The position numbers and the translations under genes were made by a program. From Chloroflexota bacterium (lineage in GTDB: Bacteria > Chloroflexota > Limnocylindria > Limnocylindrales > CSP1-4): a stretch of 39,591 nucleotides of DNA. Of this stretch, positions 1 to 8,920 are shown in pieces (the first letter of the stretch is position 1; every line of letters starts with the position of its first letter). The stretch lies in NCBI GenBank assembly GCA_021790715.1, contig JAJYGK010000212.1:1-39591 (forward strand), given 5' to 3'. A model generated the notes under the pieces. The model did no database searches. It saw nothing but the letters and a program-made list of their open reading frames with translations, and was not told the DNA's origin.

Positions 1-1122
1 CTCGAGCTGGCGCCCCAGCTTCCTCGCACCGAGGTCGGCGCGGGCGGAGACGCCGGCCCGTCGCAGCTCCGTCGCGACGCGCAGCCGCCCGGCGGTGTCC
101 GCGGGGTCGGCGCTCGCGACGAACACAGCCGGCCGCGCGGCGCGGGGCGCCTCGGCCCCGGCCTCGCCGAGCGCCAGCACCACCCGGTCGAGGCCGAGCG
201 CGAACCCGATGCCGGGCGTCGGCCGGCCGCCGAGCAGCTCGACGAGGCCGTCGTAGCGCCCTCCCCCACCCAGTGCCTGCTGCTGGCCCTCGGCGCCTTC
301 GCGGTAGTACTCGAACGCCGTCCGCGTGTAGTAGTCGAGGCCGCGGACGAGGGACGGCTCCACCCGGACGGGGACTCCCAGCGCGTCAAGGTGCGAGCAC
401 ACGGCGTCGAAGTGGGCGCGGCAGGCATCGCAGAGGTGGTCGACGATGCGCGGCGCGTCGGCGATGAGGGGCGCCATGTCCGGGTCCTTCGAATCGAGCA
501 GGCGCAACGGGTTCGTCTGCAGGCGCGCCAGCTCGAGCTCGGGCAGGACCGACCGGTGCCGCTCGAACCAGGCGGTCAGGCGCTCGATGTAGGCGGGCCG
601 GCATGCCGGGTCGCCGATCGAGTTGAGCAGGACGCGCACATCGGTGAGGCCGGCCTCCACGTAGAACCGGTGGCCGAGCTCGACGATCTCGGCATCGATG
701 CCGGGGCCCGCGTCGCCGATCGCCTCCACGTCCCACTGCCAGAACTGCCGGTACCGGCCGGCCTGCGGCCGGTCGTAGCGGAACATCGGCCCCACGAACT
801 GCACCCGCACCGGCTGCGGCAGGGTGCGCATGCCGTGCTGCACGTAGGCCCGCACGACGCCGGCCGTCCCCTCGGGCCGCAGCGACCAGGCCTCGGCTTC
901 CTCGGTGCGCGGCTGGATGCGGAAGAGCTCCTTCTCGACGATGTCGGTGACGGCGCCCACGCCCCGCTCGAAGACCGCCGTCTGCTCGAACATCGGCGTC
1001 TCGATCCCGGCGTACCCGTAGCGGCGCGCGAGGTCCGAGGCGATGCCGGCCAGGCGGTCGAACGACGCCCGCTCCGCGGGCAGCAGGTCGCGGGTGCCGC
1101 GGGGGGCATGGAACGAGGGCAT
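1..1122 (-). CDS. hisS: histidine--tRNA ligase, C-terminal end cut by window edge
   Basis: Absent from the ORF track because it runs off the window. My translation from ATG 1122..1120 reads MPSFHAPRGTRDLLPAE...LRPEGTAGVVRAY...FRYDRPQAGRYRQFWQWDVEAIG (class II HisRS motifs). The frame is open to base 1. Confidence 0.9.
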   Translation of the reverse strand, partial: MPSFHAPRGTRDLLPAERASFDRLAGIASDLARRYGYAGIETPMFEQTAVFERGVGAVTDIVEKELFRIQPRTEEAEAWSLRPEGTAGVVRAYVQHGMRTLPQPVRVQFVGPMFRYDRPQAGRYRQFWQWDVEAIGDAGPGIDAEIVELGHRFYVEAGLTDVRVLLNSIGDPACRPAYIERLTAWFERHRSVLPELELARLQTNPLRLLDSKDPDMAPLIADAPRIVDHLCDACRAHFDAVCSHLDALGVPVRVEPSLVRGLDYYTRTAFEYYREGAEGQQQALGGGGRYDGLVELLGGRPTPGIGFALGLDRVVLALGEAGAEAPRAARPAVFVASADPADTAGRLRVATELRRAGVSARADLGARKLGRQLE

Positions 1123-1134
1123 GCCCGCAGTCTA
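1123..1134 (-). promoter_or_regulatory. -10-like TAGACT 6 nt upstream of hisS ATG (leaderless-type)
   Basis: Forward agtcta at 1129..1134. No SD between the box and the ATG. Confidence 0.45.
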
Positions 1135-1147
1135 TCCGGTCCGCGCC

Positions 1148-1159
1148 GATAATCGGGAG
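1148..1159 (+). promoter_or_regulatory. -10-like GATAAT 6 nt upstream of GTG 1160
   Basis: AT-rich hexamer in an otherwise GC-rich spacer. Confidence 0.35.
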
Positions 1160-1525
1160 GTGCCTGCGCCTGCCGCTGCACCGTCGCGTCCGAGGACGGC
1201 CACGATCGTCGTCCGCCTCCGCGTGCGGCCGGGCCTGCGCGCGATCGGTTCGCGCCTGCTGCTCCCCGACTGGCTCGCCATCACGATCGGCACGACGATC
1301 GTGAGCTGGCGCCGCCTGGAGCCGCACGAGCTGGCCCACGAGCTCGAGCACGTCCGCCAGTGGCGGCGGCACGGATCACTCGGGTTCGTCGTCCGCTACC
1401 TGCTCGCCTCGTTCGACGCGCTGCGTTCGGGGCACGACTGGTACCGGGACAACGCGTTCGAGCGGGAGGCCCGCGCGGCGGCGGCGGGCATCGGGGCGGA
1501 GCAGGTTCGCCCGACGGACGCGTAG
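1160..1525 (+). CDS. small HExxH (zincin-like, DUF4157-like) protein
   Basis: 3' part of ORF 1043..1525. Contains AITIGTTIV...HELAHELEHVRQW, resembling the T.G..I...HE..HV.Q pattern. Start chosen at GTG 1160 (GATAAT lies 6 nt upstream). ATG 1121 is an alternative. Confidence 0.5.
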   Translation: MPAPAAAPSRPRTATIVVRLRVRPGLRAIGSRLLLPDWLAITIGTTIVSWRRLEPHELAHELEHVRQWRRHGSLGFVVRYLLASFDALRSGHDWYRDNAFEREARAAAAGIGAEQVRPTDA

Positions 1526-1602
1526 CGCAGCCCGGCCCGGCGAGGAACTCGACCTGACGGGCGCGGCCCGGCAGGCGGCCGCGGGCGGGGCCGATGGCGG
1601 CG

Positions 1603-3852
1603 TCAGCTCAGCGCGCGCTGGACCGAGAAGACGTCCTTTACCTGCTCCAGGCGCGAGAGCACCTTTGCCAGCTGCGCCACCGACGAGACCTGGAGCGTGG
1701 CGCTCACCGTCGCGGTCCGGTCCGGGTGGGTCTCGAGGTGCGCCGAGACGATGTTGACCTTCTGCTCCGCAACGACGTTCGTGATGTCGGAGAGCAGCCC
1801 GGTGCGGTCGTACGCGTCGAGGCGGATCGCGATCGGGTAGGTACGCTCGGCGGCGCCCTCCCACTCGACCTCGATGAGCCGCTCGACGTCGCGCTCGTGG
1901 AGGATCGTGACGCACTCGCGGAGATGGACCGTGACGCCCTTTCCCCGCGTGATGAAGCCGATGATCGGGTCGCCCGGGATCGGATGGCAGCAGGCCGCGA
2001 ATCGCACGAGGAGATCGCCGACGCCCTTCACCCGGACCCCGCCGGCCTGCGACGGGGGTACCGGCGGCGCGGTCTGCGGCAGCACCGCCTCGTTCGAGTC
2101 GTCCACGACCCCCATGCGGATGACGGCCTGCTGGGCGCTCACCGCGCCGTAGCCCACCGCCGCCAGGAAGTCGTCCACCGTCGGGAACTTGTAGAGCTCC
2201 GCCATCTCGGCCACGCGTTCCGTCCCGACGCGCTCGAGCGACGTGCGCGCCAGCCGCCGCAGCTCCCGGTCCAGCGCCTCCCGGCCGTGCGCGATGTTCT
2301 CCTCGCGCTGCTGGCGCTTGAACCACTGGCGGATCTTCTCCCGCGCATGCGTCGTGCGGACGATCGAGAGCCAGTCCCGCGACGGGCCGTGCGCCGCCTT
2401 CGTGGTGACGATCTCCACGATGTCGCCGTTGCGCAGCTTGTAGTCGAGCGGGACGAGCCGGTTGTTGATCTTCGCGCCGATGCAGCGATGGCCGATGTCG
2501 GTGTGGATGCGGTAGGCGAAGTCGAGGGGGGTCGATCCGGCCGGCAGGTCCTTGACCTCGCCCTTCGGCGTGAACACGAAGACCTGGTCCTGGAAGACGT
2601 CGAGCTTGAGGCCCTCGACGAACTCGGTGGCGTCCGCGACCTCGCGCTGCCACTCCATGAGCTGGCGGATCCAGGCCAGCTTCGCGTCGTAGTCGCGATC
2701 GGACCGGGAGCCCTCCTTGTAGCGCCAGTGCGCGGCGATGCCGACCTCCGCGATGCGGTGCATCTGGTGGGTCCGGATCTGCACCTCGAGCGGGTGACCC
2801 TCGAGGGCGATCACCGCGGTGTGCAGGCTCTGGTAGCCGTTGGCCTTCGGCATCGCGATGTAGTCGTCGAACTGCCCCGGGATCGGGCGCCAGAGGGAGT
2901 GCACGACGCCGAGCGCCGCGTAGCAGTCCTTCACCTCGTCGACGAGGACGCGGATCGCGTACACGTCGTAGACCTCGTCGAAGTTCGCCGACTTGCGCTG
3001 CATCTTGCGGTGGATGCTGTACAGGTGCTTGGGGCGTCCCGAGAGGTCGGCCTCGATGCCGCTGATCTCGAGCGCCTCGGCCAGCTCCGCCATCGCGCGC
3101 TCGACGTACACCTCGCGGGCGGCGCGCCGCGTCTCGAGCTGCTGGGCCAGCGAGTGGAACGCGGTCGGCTCGAGCACCTTGAACGAGAGGTCCTCGAGCT
3201 CCCACTTCATCTGCCAGATCCCGAGCCGTTCCGCCAGCGGCGCGTAGATCTCCAGCGTCTGGCGGGCGATGCGCTGCTGCTTCTCCGCCGGCAGCCCGGA
3301 GATGGTGCGCATGTTGTGGAGGCGGTCCGCGAGCTTGATCAGGACGACCCGGACGTCCTCGGCCATCGCCAGGAACATCTTCCGGATGTTCTCGGCCTGG
3401 CGCTCCTCGTGGCTGTGCGCGCTGAACTTGGACAGCTTGGTGACGCCGTCGACGAGCCGCGCGACCTCCGCTCCGAAGCGCTCCTCGATCTCCTCGAGCG
3501 AGTACTCCGTGTCCTCGGGGATGTCGTGGAGGAGCGCGGCCTGGATCGCGACCGGGTCGAGGCCGAGCTCGGCGAGCGTCTGGGCGGCGGCAACCGGGTG
3601 CGTCACGTACGGCTCGCCGCTCGCGCGCCGCTGCTCGGCGTGCGCCTCGACCGCGAATGCGAACGCGCGCTCGATGCCCGACAGGTCGGCGAGCGGGTAG
3701 TGGCCCGCGACCTCCGCGATCAGGCGCTGGCCGAGCGCGTCGATCTCCTCCGGCGTCTGCGCCGGAGTCGTGACGGTCGGACTGATCGTGCCCGGCGTCG
3801 CGCCGGCGCGACGGCGCTGGCGCGAGGGAGCACTCGCGGGCTCGGTTGTCAT
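1603..3852 (-). CDS. relA: bifunctional (p)ppGpp synthetase/hydrolase, RelA/SpoT family
   Basis: 749-aa ORF with an HD domain (HPVAAAQTLAELGLD...LLHDIPEDT), a RelA_SpoT synthetase core (YSIHRKM...DVYAIRVLV), then TGS and ACT-like C-terminal regions. Confidence 0.95.
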   Translation of the reverse strand: MTTEPASAPSRQRRRAGATPGTISPTVTTPAQTPEEIDALGQRLIAEVAGHYPLADLSGIERAFAFAVEAHAEQRRASGEPYVTHPVAAAQTLAELGLDPVAIQAALLHDIPEDTEYSLEEIEERFGAEVARLVDGVTKLSKFSAHSHEERQAENIRKMFLAMAEDVRVVLIKLADRLHNMRTISGLPAEKQQRIARQTLEIYAPLAERLGIWQMKWELEDLSFKVLEPTAFHSLAQQLETRRAAREVYVERAMAELAEALEISGIEADLSGRPKHLYSIHRKMQRKSANFDEVYDVYAIRVLVDEVKDCYAALGVVHSLWRPIPGQFDDYIAMPKANGYQSLHTAVIALEGHPLEVQIRTHQMHRIAEVGIAAHWRYKEGSRSDRDYDAKLAWIRQLMEWQREVADATEFVEGLKLDVFQDQVFVFTPKGEVKDLPAGSTPLDFAYRIHTDIGHRCIGAKINNRLVPLDYKLRNGDIVEIVTTKAAHGPSRDWLSIVRTTHAREKIRQWFKRQQREENIAHGREALDRELRRLARTSLERVGTERVAEMAELYKFPTVDDFLAAVGYGAVSAQQAVIRMGVVDDSNEAVLPQTAPPVPPSQAGGVRVKGVGDLLVRFAACCHPIPGDPIIGFITRGKGVTVHLRECVTILHERDVERLIEVEWEGAAERTYPIAIRLDAYDRTGLLSDITNVVAEQKVNIVSAHLETHPDRTATVSATLQVSSVAQLAKVLSRLEQVKDVFSVQRALS

Positions 3853-3866
3853 GTGGGGCCATCATA
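3853..3866 (-). promoter_or_regulatory. -10-like TATGAT 8 nt upstream of relA ATG (leaderless-type)
   Basis: Forward atcata at 3861..3866. No SD. Confidence 0.45.
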
Positions 3867-3977
3867 CCGCCGGCCACCCCGGGCCCCCGACGGGCCCTCG
3901 GGGGCGCGCGGCAGGGACCGGGGGCGGAGGGACCGCTGGCCGGCCGCCGAGTCGGAGTCGCCGACGAAGCCCCGCCG

Positions 3978-5081
3978 TCAGCGGATGCGGCGGACGGCGC
4001 GCCAGCCGGCGCCGAGGAACGCGTGCGGAGAGACCTCGTGCGCCCGCGCGAGGACGACGCCGCGCGCCCCGAACCCGCGCTTGAACTCGTACAGGTTCCA
4101 CAGCGGGTGGGAGCGGTCGATCGGCAGTCCCGGCGCGGTCTGCGTGTCGACGCCGCCGAGGTCGTAGGTCGCGAACCCGTTCGCCGCCCCCCAGCGCATG
4201 ATCTCCCACTGCAGGAGGTGATTCGCGCGGGTCCGGCGCAGGTCCGCGCCGTCGGGCGAGCCGGCCACGTGCGAGACGAGCCGCCGGCCGGAGTGGAGCA
4301 CGACGACGCCGTTCTGCCGCGCCTCACCGATGCGGGCGAACCACAGGCTCGCCAGGCCGGCCTCGCCGAGCGCCCGCCATTGCGCGAGCTGGTAGTCGCT
4401 GTCGCGCACGATGAAGCCCTCGCGCCTCCCGGTCGCGACGAACATCTCCCAGAAGCAGGCAAGCGCCTCCTCCCGCGCGTCGCGATCGTCGAGGTCGACC
4501 CGCTCGGCGACCACGCCCGCCCGCCGGGCCTTGTTGATGTTGCGGGCGGTGCTGTCCCCGAGGATCTCGTGCTGCGCGCCCTCGTCCGCCCGCAGCGGCA
4601 CCAGCATCGCGGTGCGCGACACCTGGATCTCGCGCGTCGCGGGCCGGAACCCGGCCGCCGCGAGCGCCAGGGCGAGCTCGCTCCCCTCCTCCCACGCGGG
4701 ATCGACCGTGAGCGCCACGGCGTGCCTGGCGCGCGCGAGCCGGGCGAGTGCGTGCAGCGCGAGCCGCGCGGCATCGGGATCCGTGCGCAGCAGCACGGGG
4801 CCGCGCGGGGCGTAGAGGTAGACGAGCCGGGCGAACGGCCCCGGGAGTCGGGCGCCGAGCCCCCGTTCCTGGAGCGACGCGACGGCGATCGGCTCGCCGC
4901 CCTGCTCGACGACGATGCGGAGCGCGCGCCACCCAAGCCGGACCTTGCTCTCGCCCCACGCGTGAGACTGGAACGCCTCGCCGTGGTCGCTGCGGGCCGC
5001 GAGCGCGTCCCAGCGCTCCGCGGGCCACCCGGACGCGTCGACGACACGCGGCGCGGCCGCGTCTCCGAGCGTGGACGTCAC
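3978..5081 (-). CDS. FemAB-family peptidoglycan bridge aminoacyltransferase (paralogue 1)
   Basis: C-terminal 367 aa of ORF 3978..6113: FQSHAWGESKVRLGWRA...YDLGG...LYEFKRGFGAR. GTG 5081 overlaps the upstream TGA as GTGA. Confidence 0.8.
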   Translation of the reverse strand: MTSTLGDAAAPRVVDASGWPAERWDALAARSDHGEAFQSHAWGESKVRLGWRALRIVVEQGGEPIAVASLQERGLGARLPGPFARLVYLYAPRGPVLLRTDPDAARLALHALARLARARHAVALTVDPAWEEGSELALALAAAGFRPATREIQVSRTAMLVPLRADEGAQHEILGDSTARNINKARRAGVVAERVDLDDRDAREEALACFWEMFVATGRREGFIVRDSDYQLAQWRALGEAGLASLWFARIGEARQNGVVVLHSGRRLVSHVAGSPDGADLRRTRANHLLQWEIMRWGAANGFATYDLGGVDTQTAPGLPIDRSHPLWNLYEFKRGFGARGVVLARAHEVSPHAFLGAGWRAVRRIR

Positions 5082-6202
5082 GACGCCGATGATACCGGCC
5101 CGCCGTGCCGCAGCCGCTCGCGGATGTCGCGCAGCGCGTACCACGGGGGCGAGAGGACGAGATCGAACGTCCCGGGATGCACGAGCGACACCCCGCCGAA
5201 GCCGCGCTTGAAGAGGCTGAAGCCGGCCCAGCCCGGGTCGGCCGCCTCGTCGCCCGGCTCGACCACGCCCCACAGGTCGAGCGACTCGCGCCCCTCGGCG
5301 GCCAGCGCCTCGATGCAGCCCCAGAGCGCCGCGTACGCGCCGTTCGCGTGTCTGAGGCGCTCCTCGCGCCGCGACGCGGCATGGAGGTAGAACGCGCGGG
5401 GTCCCGTCGTGAGCGCGAGGCATCCGGCGATCGGCTCGCCGTCGAGCTCGGCCAGCACGAGGCAGGCGTCGCCGGCGACGGCGTATCCGGCGGCGATCGC
5501 CTCGAACGCGACGGCCGGACGGACCCGGAAGCCGGCCCGCGCCCCCGTCGCGGCGAGCAGGCCGGCGAACGCGCCGTAGGCGGCCGGGTCGGGACCGCGC
5601 ACGACGCGGGTCCGCACGCCCTCTCGCGCGGATCTGCGCACGAGATTGCGCGTGTCCTTCTCGAGGCCGGCGAAGACGGCATCGGCGCCCGCGCGCAGGT
5701 CCAGCACCCGCGTCGTGCGCGCCTGCAGGTCGGCCCGAGCCCGGCGCAGGCCTCGCGCGCGCAGCAGCGCGCGCAGGCGGGCCGCTCCGGCGTCCGCCGT
5801 CGCCCGCGGGTCGAGCTTCAGCACGATGCCGCGCTCGGCATGCCCCAGCGCCCGCAGCGCGGCGAGCAGTGCGTCGAGCACGTCGGCCGCATCGGGGGCG
5901 GCGGCGTCCCACGCGGGGCCGTGCGGCGCGTAGAGGACGCGGTGCCCGACCGCCGCCTCGCGGACCAGCACCTGCGCCACGCCGCGCACCCGTCCGGATG
6001 GGTCCGTCGCCAGGATCCGCTCCGGACGTTCGCCGCCCGTGTGCGCCACGTCGCCCCAGGCCCACGCCTGGAGCGGGTCGCCGGAGGGCAGCGCCGCCAC
6101 GAACGCATCCCACGCGGGCCGGTCCGACGCGGTCGCCCCGCGCGCCACGATCCCGCTCGCACGCGCGGACGGGGCCCGTGCCGCGATCTCCCGGTCGCTC
6201 AC
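5078..6202 (-). CDS. FemAB-family peptidoglycan bridge aminoacyltransferase (paralogue 2)
   Basis: C-terminal 374 aa of ORF 5078..6421: PLQAWAWGDV...LDLWGV...FSLFKRGFGG. GTG 6202 is preceded by AGGGGGGAGG. Confidence 0.8.
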   Translation of the reverse strand: MSDREIAARAPSARASGIVARGATASDRPAWDAFVAALPSGDPLQAWAWGDVAHTGGERPERILATDPSGRVRGVAQVLVREAAVGHRVLYAPHGPAWDAAAPDAADVLDALLAALRALGHAERGIVLKLDPRATADAGAARLRALLRARGLRRARADLQARTTRVLDLRAGADAVFAGLEKDTRNLVRRSAREGVRTRVVRGPDPAAYGAFAGLLAATGARAGFRVRPAVAFEAIAAGYAVAGDACLVLAELDGEPIAGCLALTTGPRAFYLHAASRREERLRHANGAYAALWGCIEALAAEGRESLDLWGVVEPGDEAADPGWAGFSLFKRGFGGVSLVHPGTFDLVLSPPWYALRDIRERLRHGGPVSSAS

Positions 6203-6233
6203 GGCCGCGGCCTCCCCCCTGCCGCCACGGCGC

Positions 6234-7865
6234 TCAGGGCTCCGCCTCCGTGCCGGCCGCGGTGTCGTGCGTCCCGGCGACGGTGTCGTCCCGCCCGGCC
6301 ACCGCCGCCTCCGCCTCGGCCACCGCCGCCTCCGCCTCGGCCCGCTCGTTCCAGCGGTGCGGCCCGTCCGCCATCTCGATCGTCGATTCGTGCCCCTTGC
6401 CGGCCAGCACCACGACGTCACCGGGGCGGGCGCCCCGCAGCGCCTCGCGGATCGCGGCCCTCCGGTCGGCCACCAGGAGCAGGTCGCGCCCGCGCACCCT
6501 GCCGGCGGCCTCGGCGCCGGCCGCGATCTCGTCCAGGATCCGCTCGCGGTCCTCGCCGCGCGGGTCCTCGTCGGTGACCACGACCAGACGGCAGCGCTCG
6601 CCGGCCACGCGGCCCATCTCGGGGCGCTTCAGGACGTCGCGCTCGCCGGCGGACCCGAAGACGGCCACCAGCCCGCCCCCGCCGGCCGCGGCCACGGGTG
6701 CGAGATCGTCGAGGACGAGCCGGAGCGCGTTCGGCGTGTGGGCGTAGTCGACGATCACCGTGAACGGCAGGCGGCCGGGCACGCGCTCCATGCGGCCGGG
6801 GACCCGTTCGACGGCCTCGAGACCCGCGCGGATCGCGGCCGGTTCCAGCTCCAGCGCCTCCCCGACGGCGATCGTCGCCAGCGCGTTGTGCGCGTTGAAC
6901 GTGCCGGCCAGCCGCAGCGTCACCGGTCCGCGCCAGCGGGGCGTCGCCACCTCCAGGCGGAGCGCGTCGGCGTCCTGCCGGAGCGCGAGCAGCCGGACGT
7001 GGGCGTCGGGATCGCGCCCGTAGGTGAGCAGCGCCGCCCCGGCCCCGGCGGTCGCGTCGATGAACTCCGGCGCCCACCGGTCGTCGAGGTTGACCACGCC
7101 CGTCTTGCCCCACCCCTTCCCGGGGTTGCGCTCGCCGATCGCCAGTGCCTCGAAGAGCCGGCGCTTCGCGGCCCGGTACGCCTCGTGCGTGCGGTGGAAC
7201 TCCAGGTGCTCGTGCGTCAGGTTGGTGAGCACCGCGACGTCGTAGGAGACCTCCGCCACCCGGTCGAGCGCGAGGCCGTGCGACGTCGACTCGACGACCG
7301 CGAACCGGTCGCCGGCCTCCACCATCGCGGCGAGGGCCGCCTGCAGCTCGGGGGCCTCCGGCGTCGTGGCGCGCGAGGCGCCGCCGTACGGACGCCCGCC
7401 GGCGATCGTCGTCACGGTGCCGGTCATGCCGCAGGGCATGCCTGCCGCCTCGAGCATCGCGCGGACGAGGAAGCTCGTCGTCGTCTTGCCGTCCGTCCCC
7501 GTGATCCCGACGATCCCGAGCCGGCGGCTCGGGAAGCCGTGCAGCCAGGCGGCCGCGGTCGCCAGGGCGGGACGCGCCGCCCGCACGACGACCTGCGGGA
7601 CGGCGATGCCGGCCAGGGGCCGCTCCACGACGACGGCGCGAGCTCCCGCCCGGACCGCGTCCGCCACGTACGCGTGCCCGTCCTGGCGCGTCCCCGCGAT
7701 TGCCACGAACAGGCTCCCCTCGCCGGCGCGTCGCGAGTCGTAGTCGACCTGGAGGATCGCGGTCTCGGCGCCTCGGCCGGCCTCTGCCGCGATGATCGAC
7801 GCGAGGTTGTCGCGGCGACCGAGGAGGTCGATCAGTTCGCCGAGCGTGCGAGTCGTGCCGGGCAT
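6234..7865 (-). CDS. murE: UDP-MurNAc-L-Ala-D-Glu : diamino-acid ligase (MurE)
   Basis: ATG 7865 with GGAG 4 nt upstream. Contains GITGTDGKTTT, VVESTSHGL, DYAHTPNAL and LAGKGHE. DEDPR (6572..6558) occupies the position of the DNPR motif. Has a low-complexity C-terminal tail. Confidence 0.9.
   Translation of the reverse strand: MPGTTRTLGELIDLLGRRDNLASIIAAEAGRGAETAILQVDYDSRRAGEGSLFVAIAGTRQDGHAYVADAVRAGARAVVVERPLAGIAVPQVVVRAARPALATAAAWLHGFPSRRLGIVGITGTDGKTTTSFLVRAMLEAAGMPCGMTGTVTTIAGGRPYGGASRATTPEAPELQAALAAMVEAGDRFAVVESTSHGLALDRVAEVSYDVAVLTNLTHEHLEFHRTHEAYRAAKRRLFEALAIGERNPGKGWGKTGVVNLDDRWAPEFIDATAGAGAALLTYGRDPDAHVRLLALRQDADALRLEVATPRWRGPVTLRLAGTFNAHNALATIAVGEALELEPAAIRAGLEAVERVPGRMERVPGRLPFTVIVDYAHTPNALRLVLDDLAPVAAAGGGGLVAVFGSAGERDVLKRPEMGRVAGERCRLVVVTDEDPRGEDRERILDEIAAGAEAAGRVRGRDLLLVADRRAAIREALRGARPGDVVVLAGKGHESTIEMADGPHRWNERAEAEAAVAEAEAAVAGRDDTVAGTHDTAAGTEAEP
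6301..6342 (-). repeat. exact 21-nt tandem duplication inside the murE 3' tail
   Basis: accgccgcctccgcctcggcc occurs twice (6301-6321 and 6322-6342). It is in frame and encodes AEAEAAV twice. Confidence 0.9.
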
Positions 7866-7879
7866 GCCGCTCCGATCGC

Positions 7880-8920
7880 TCACGGCTCGGCGCCCTCCGC
7901 CGTCACGCGTCGCTCGCGCTCGAGCCGCCGGCGCGCCAGCAGCACGCGGGCCGCCTGCGCGGTCTGCACGGCCCGCCGCACGACCGGCCGCACGGGCAGT
8001 TCGAGCCCGCCGATGAAATCGACCTCGCGCCCGCCGAACCCGACCTTGAACTGCTCGATCCCCGCGTGGGAGAGCCCCCACAGATCGTAGAGCGCGTACC
8101 CCGCCTCCCGCGACGACCGGATCGCCTCCCACTTCAGCAGGTAGTTGGCCCGCGAGTCGGCGCCCTCACGGGTCATGCCGCCGTACGGCTCGACGATCCG
8201 GCGGCCCCAGCCGAGCAGCATGAGCGTCGCCTGGGGACGCCCGTCGGGACCGTCGGCGAAGAGGAGGCGCGCCCGTCCGTGCGCGGCGAACGCCTCGAAG
8301 GTGACCCGGTAGGTGGCCTCGGTGCGGTACGTGAACCCGGCCCGGAGCGCCGTCTCGACGTAGATCGCGTAGAAGTCGCCGAGCCGCTCCGGCCCCGCCT
8401 CGACGACCGCGATCCCGCCGCGCCGCGCCTTCTGGACGTACTGCCGCCACTTGGCGCGCAGGTCGGCCCAGAGCGCCTCCTCGCCCACCGTCAGGTCGAT
8501 CCAGCGCGACCGTGCCGGCTGGGGCGACGCGGTGGGCCGCCACCCGGCCCGCCGGAACCACCCCAGCTCCGGGCCGCCCGCCTCGATCTCCGGGTCGATC
8601 ACGACGTGGCTGAGACGCTCTCCCCGCGCGGCCCGGCGGACGCCCTCTGTCCATGTCAGCACGGATTCCTCGTCGAGGCGCGCCGCGATCGGGCCGCGCG
8701 GCGCATACCCCACCGACCACGGCAGCGGACCGATGGGGTGCGCGAGCAGCTGGGCACCGGCCCCTCCCGCCAGCACCCGCCGCGCGCGCCAGCCGTTGCG
8801 CGCCTTGACCCGCGCCCACGCCGACGTCTGCAGGTACGGCGAGAGTGGCGTCGACGCGACGAACTCGTCCCACGCGAACGCGTCCTCGGCGGCACGGGCG
8901 GAGGAGGCCGGGGCGCTCAT
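7880..8920 (-). CDS. FemAB-family peptidoglycan bridge aminoacyltransferase (paralogue 3)
   Basis: C-terminal 346 aa of ORF 7880..10537: YLQTSAWARVKARNGWRA...YDLWGLSHAGIEQFKVGFGG. ATG 8920 overlaps the murJ stop as ATGA. Confidence 0.85.
   Translation of the reverse strand: MSAPASSARAAEDAFAWDEFVASTPLSPYLQTSAWARVKARNGWRARRVLAGGAGAQLLAHPIGPLPWSVGYAPRGPIAARLDEESVLTWTEGVRRAARGERLSHVVIDPEIEAGGPELGWFRRAGWRPTASPQPARSRWIDLTVGEEALWADLRAKWRQYVQKARRGGIAVVEAGPERLGDFYAIYVETALRAGFTYRTEATYRVTFEAFAAHGRARLLFADGPDGRPQATLMLLGWGRRIVEPYGGMTREGADSRANYLLKWEAIRSSREAGYALYDLWGLSHAGIEQFKVGFGGREVDFIGGLELPVRPVVRRAVQTAQAARVLLARRRLERERRVTAEGAEP

Noticed and set aside
1121-1525. ATG 1121 as the start of the HExxH ORF, overlapping the hisS ATG in the GCATGC palindrome
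   Set aside because: This would put both promoters inside the opposing coding regions. GTG 1160 with a -10-like box 6 nt upstream is simpler. I retain ATG 1121 only as an alternative.
1376-5047. 1223-aa minus-strand ORF, together with 1594..4167 on the plus strand and similar very long ORFs, that would span several genes
   Set aside because: The translations are Arg/Pro/Gly/Ala-rich low-complexity sequence with no recognisable motifs. They overlap relA and fem genes that have clear family signatures in another frame. These are typical shadow ORFs of very high-GC DNA.
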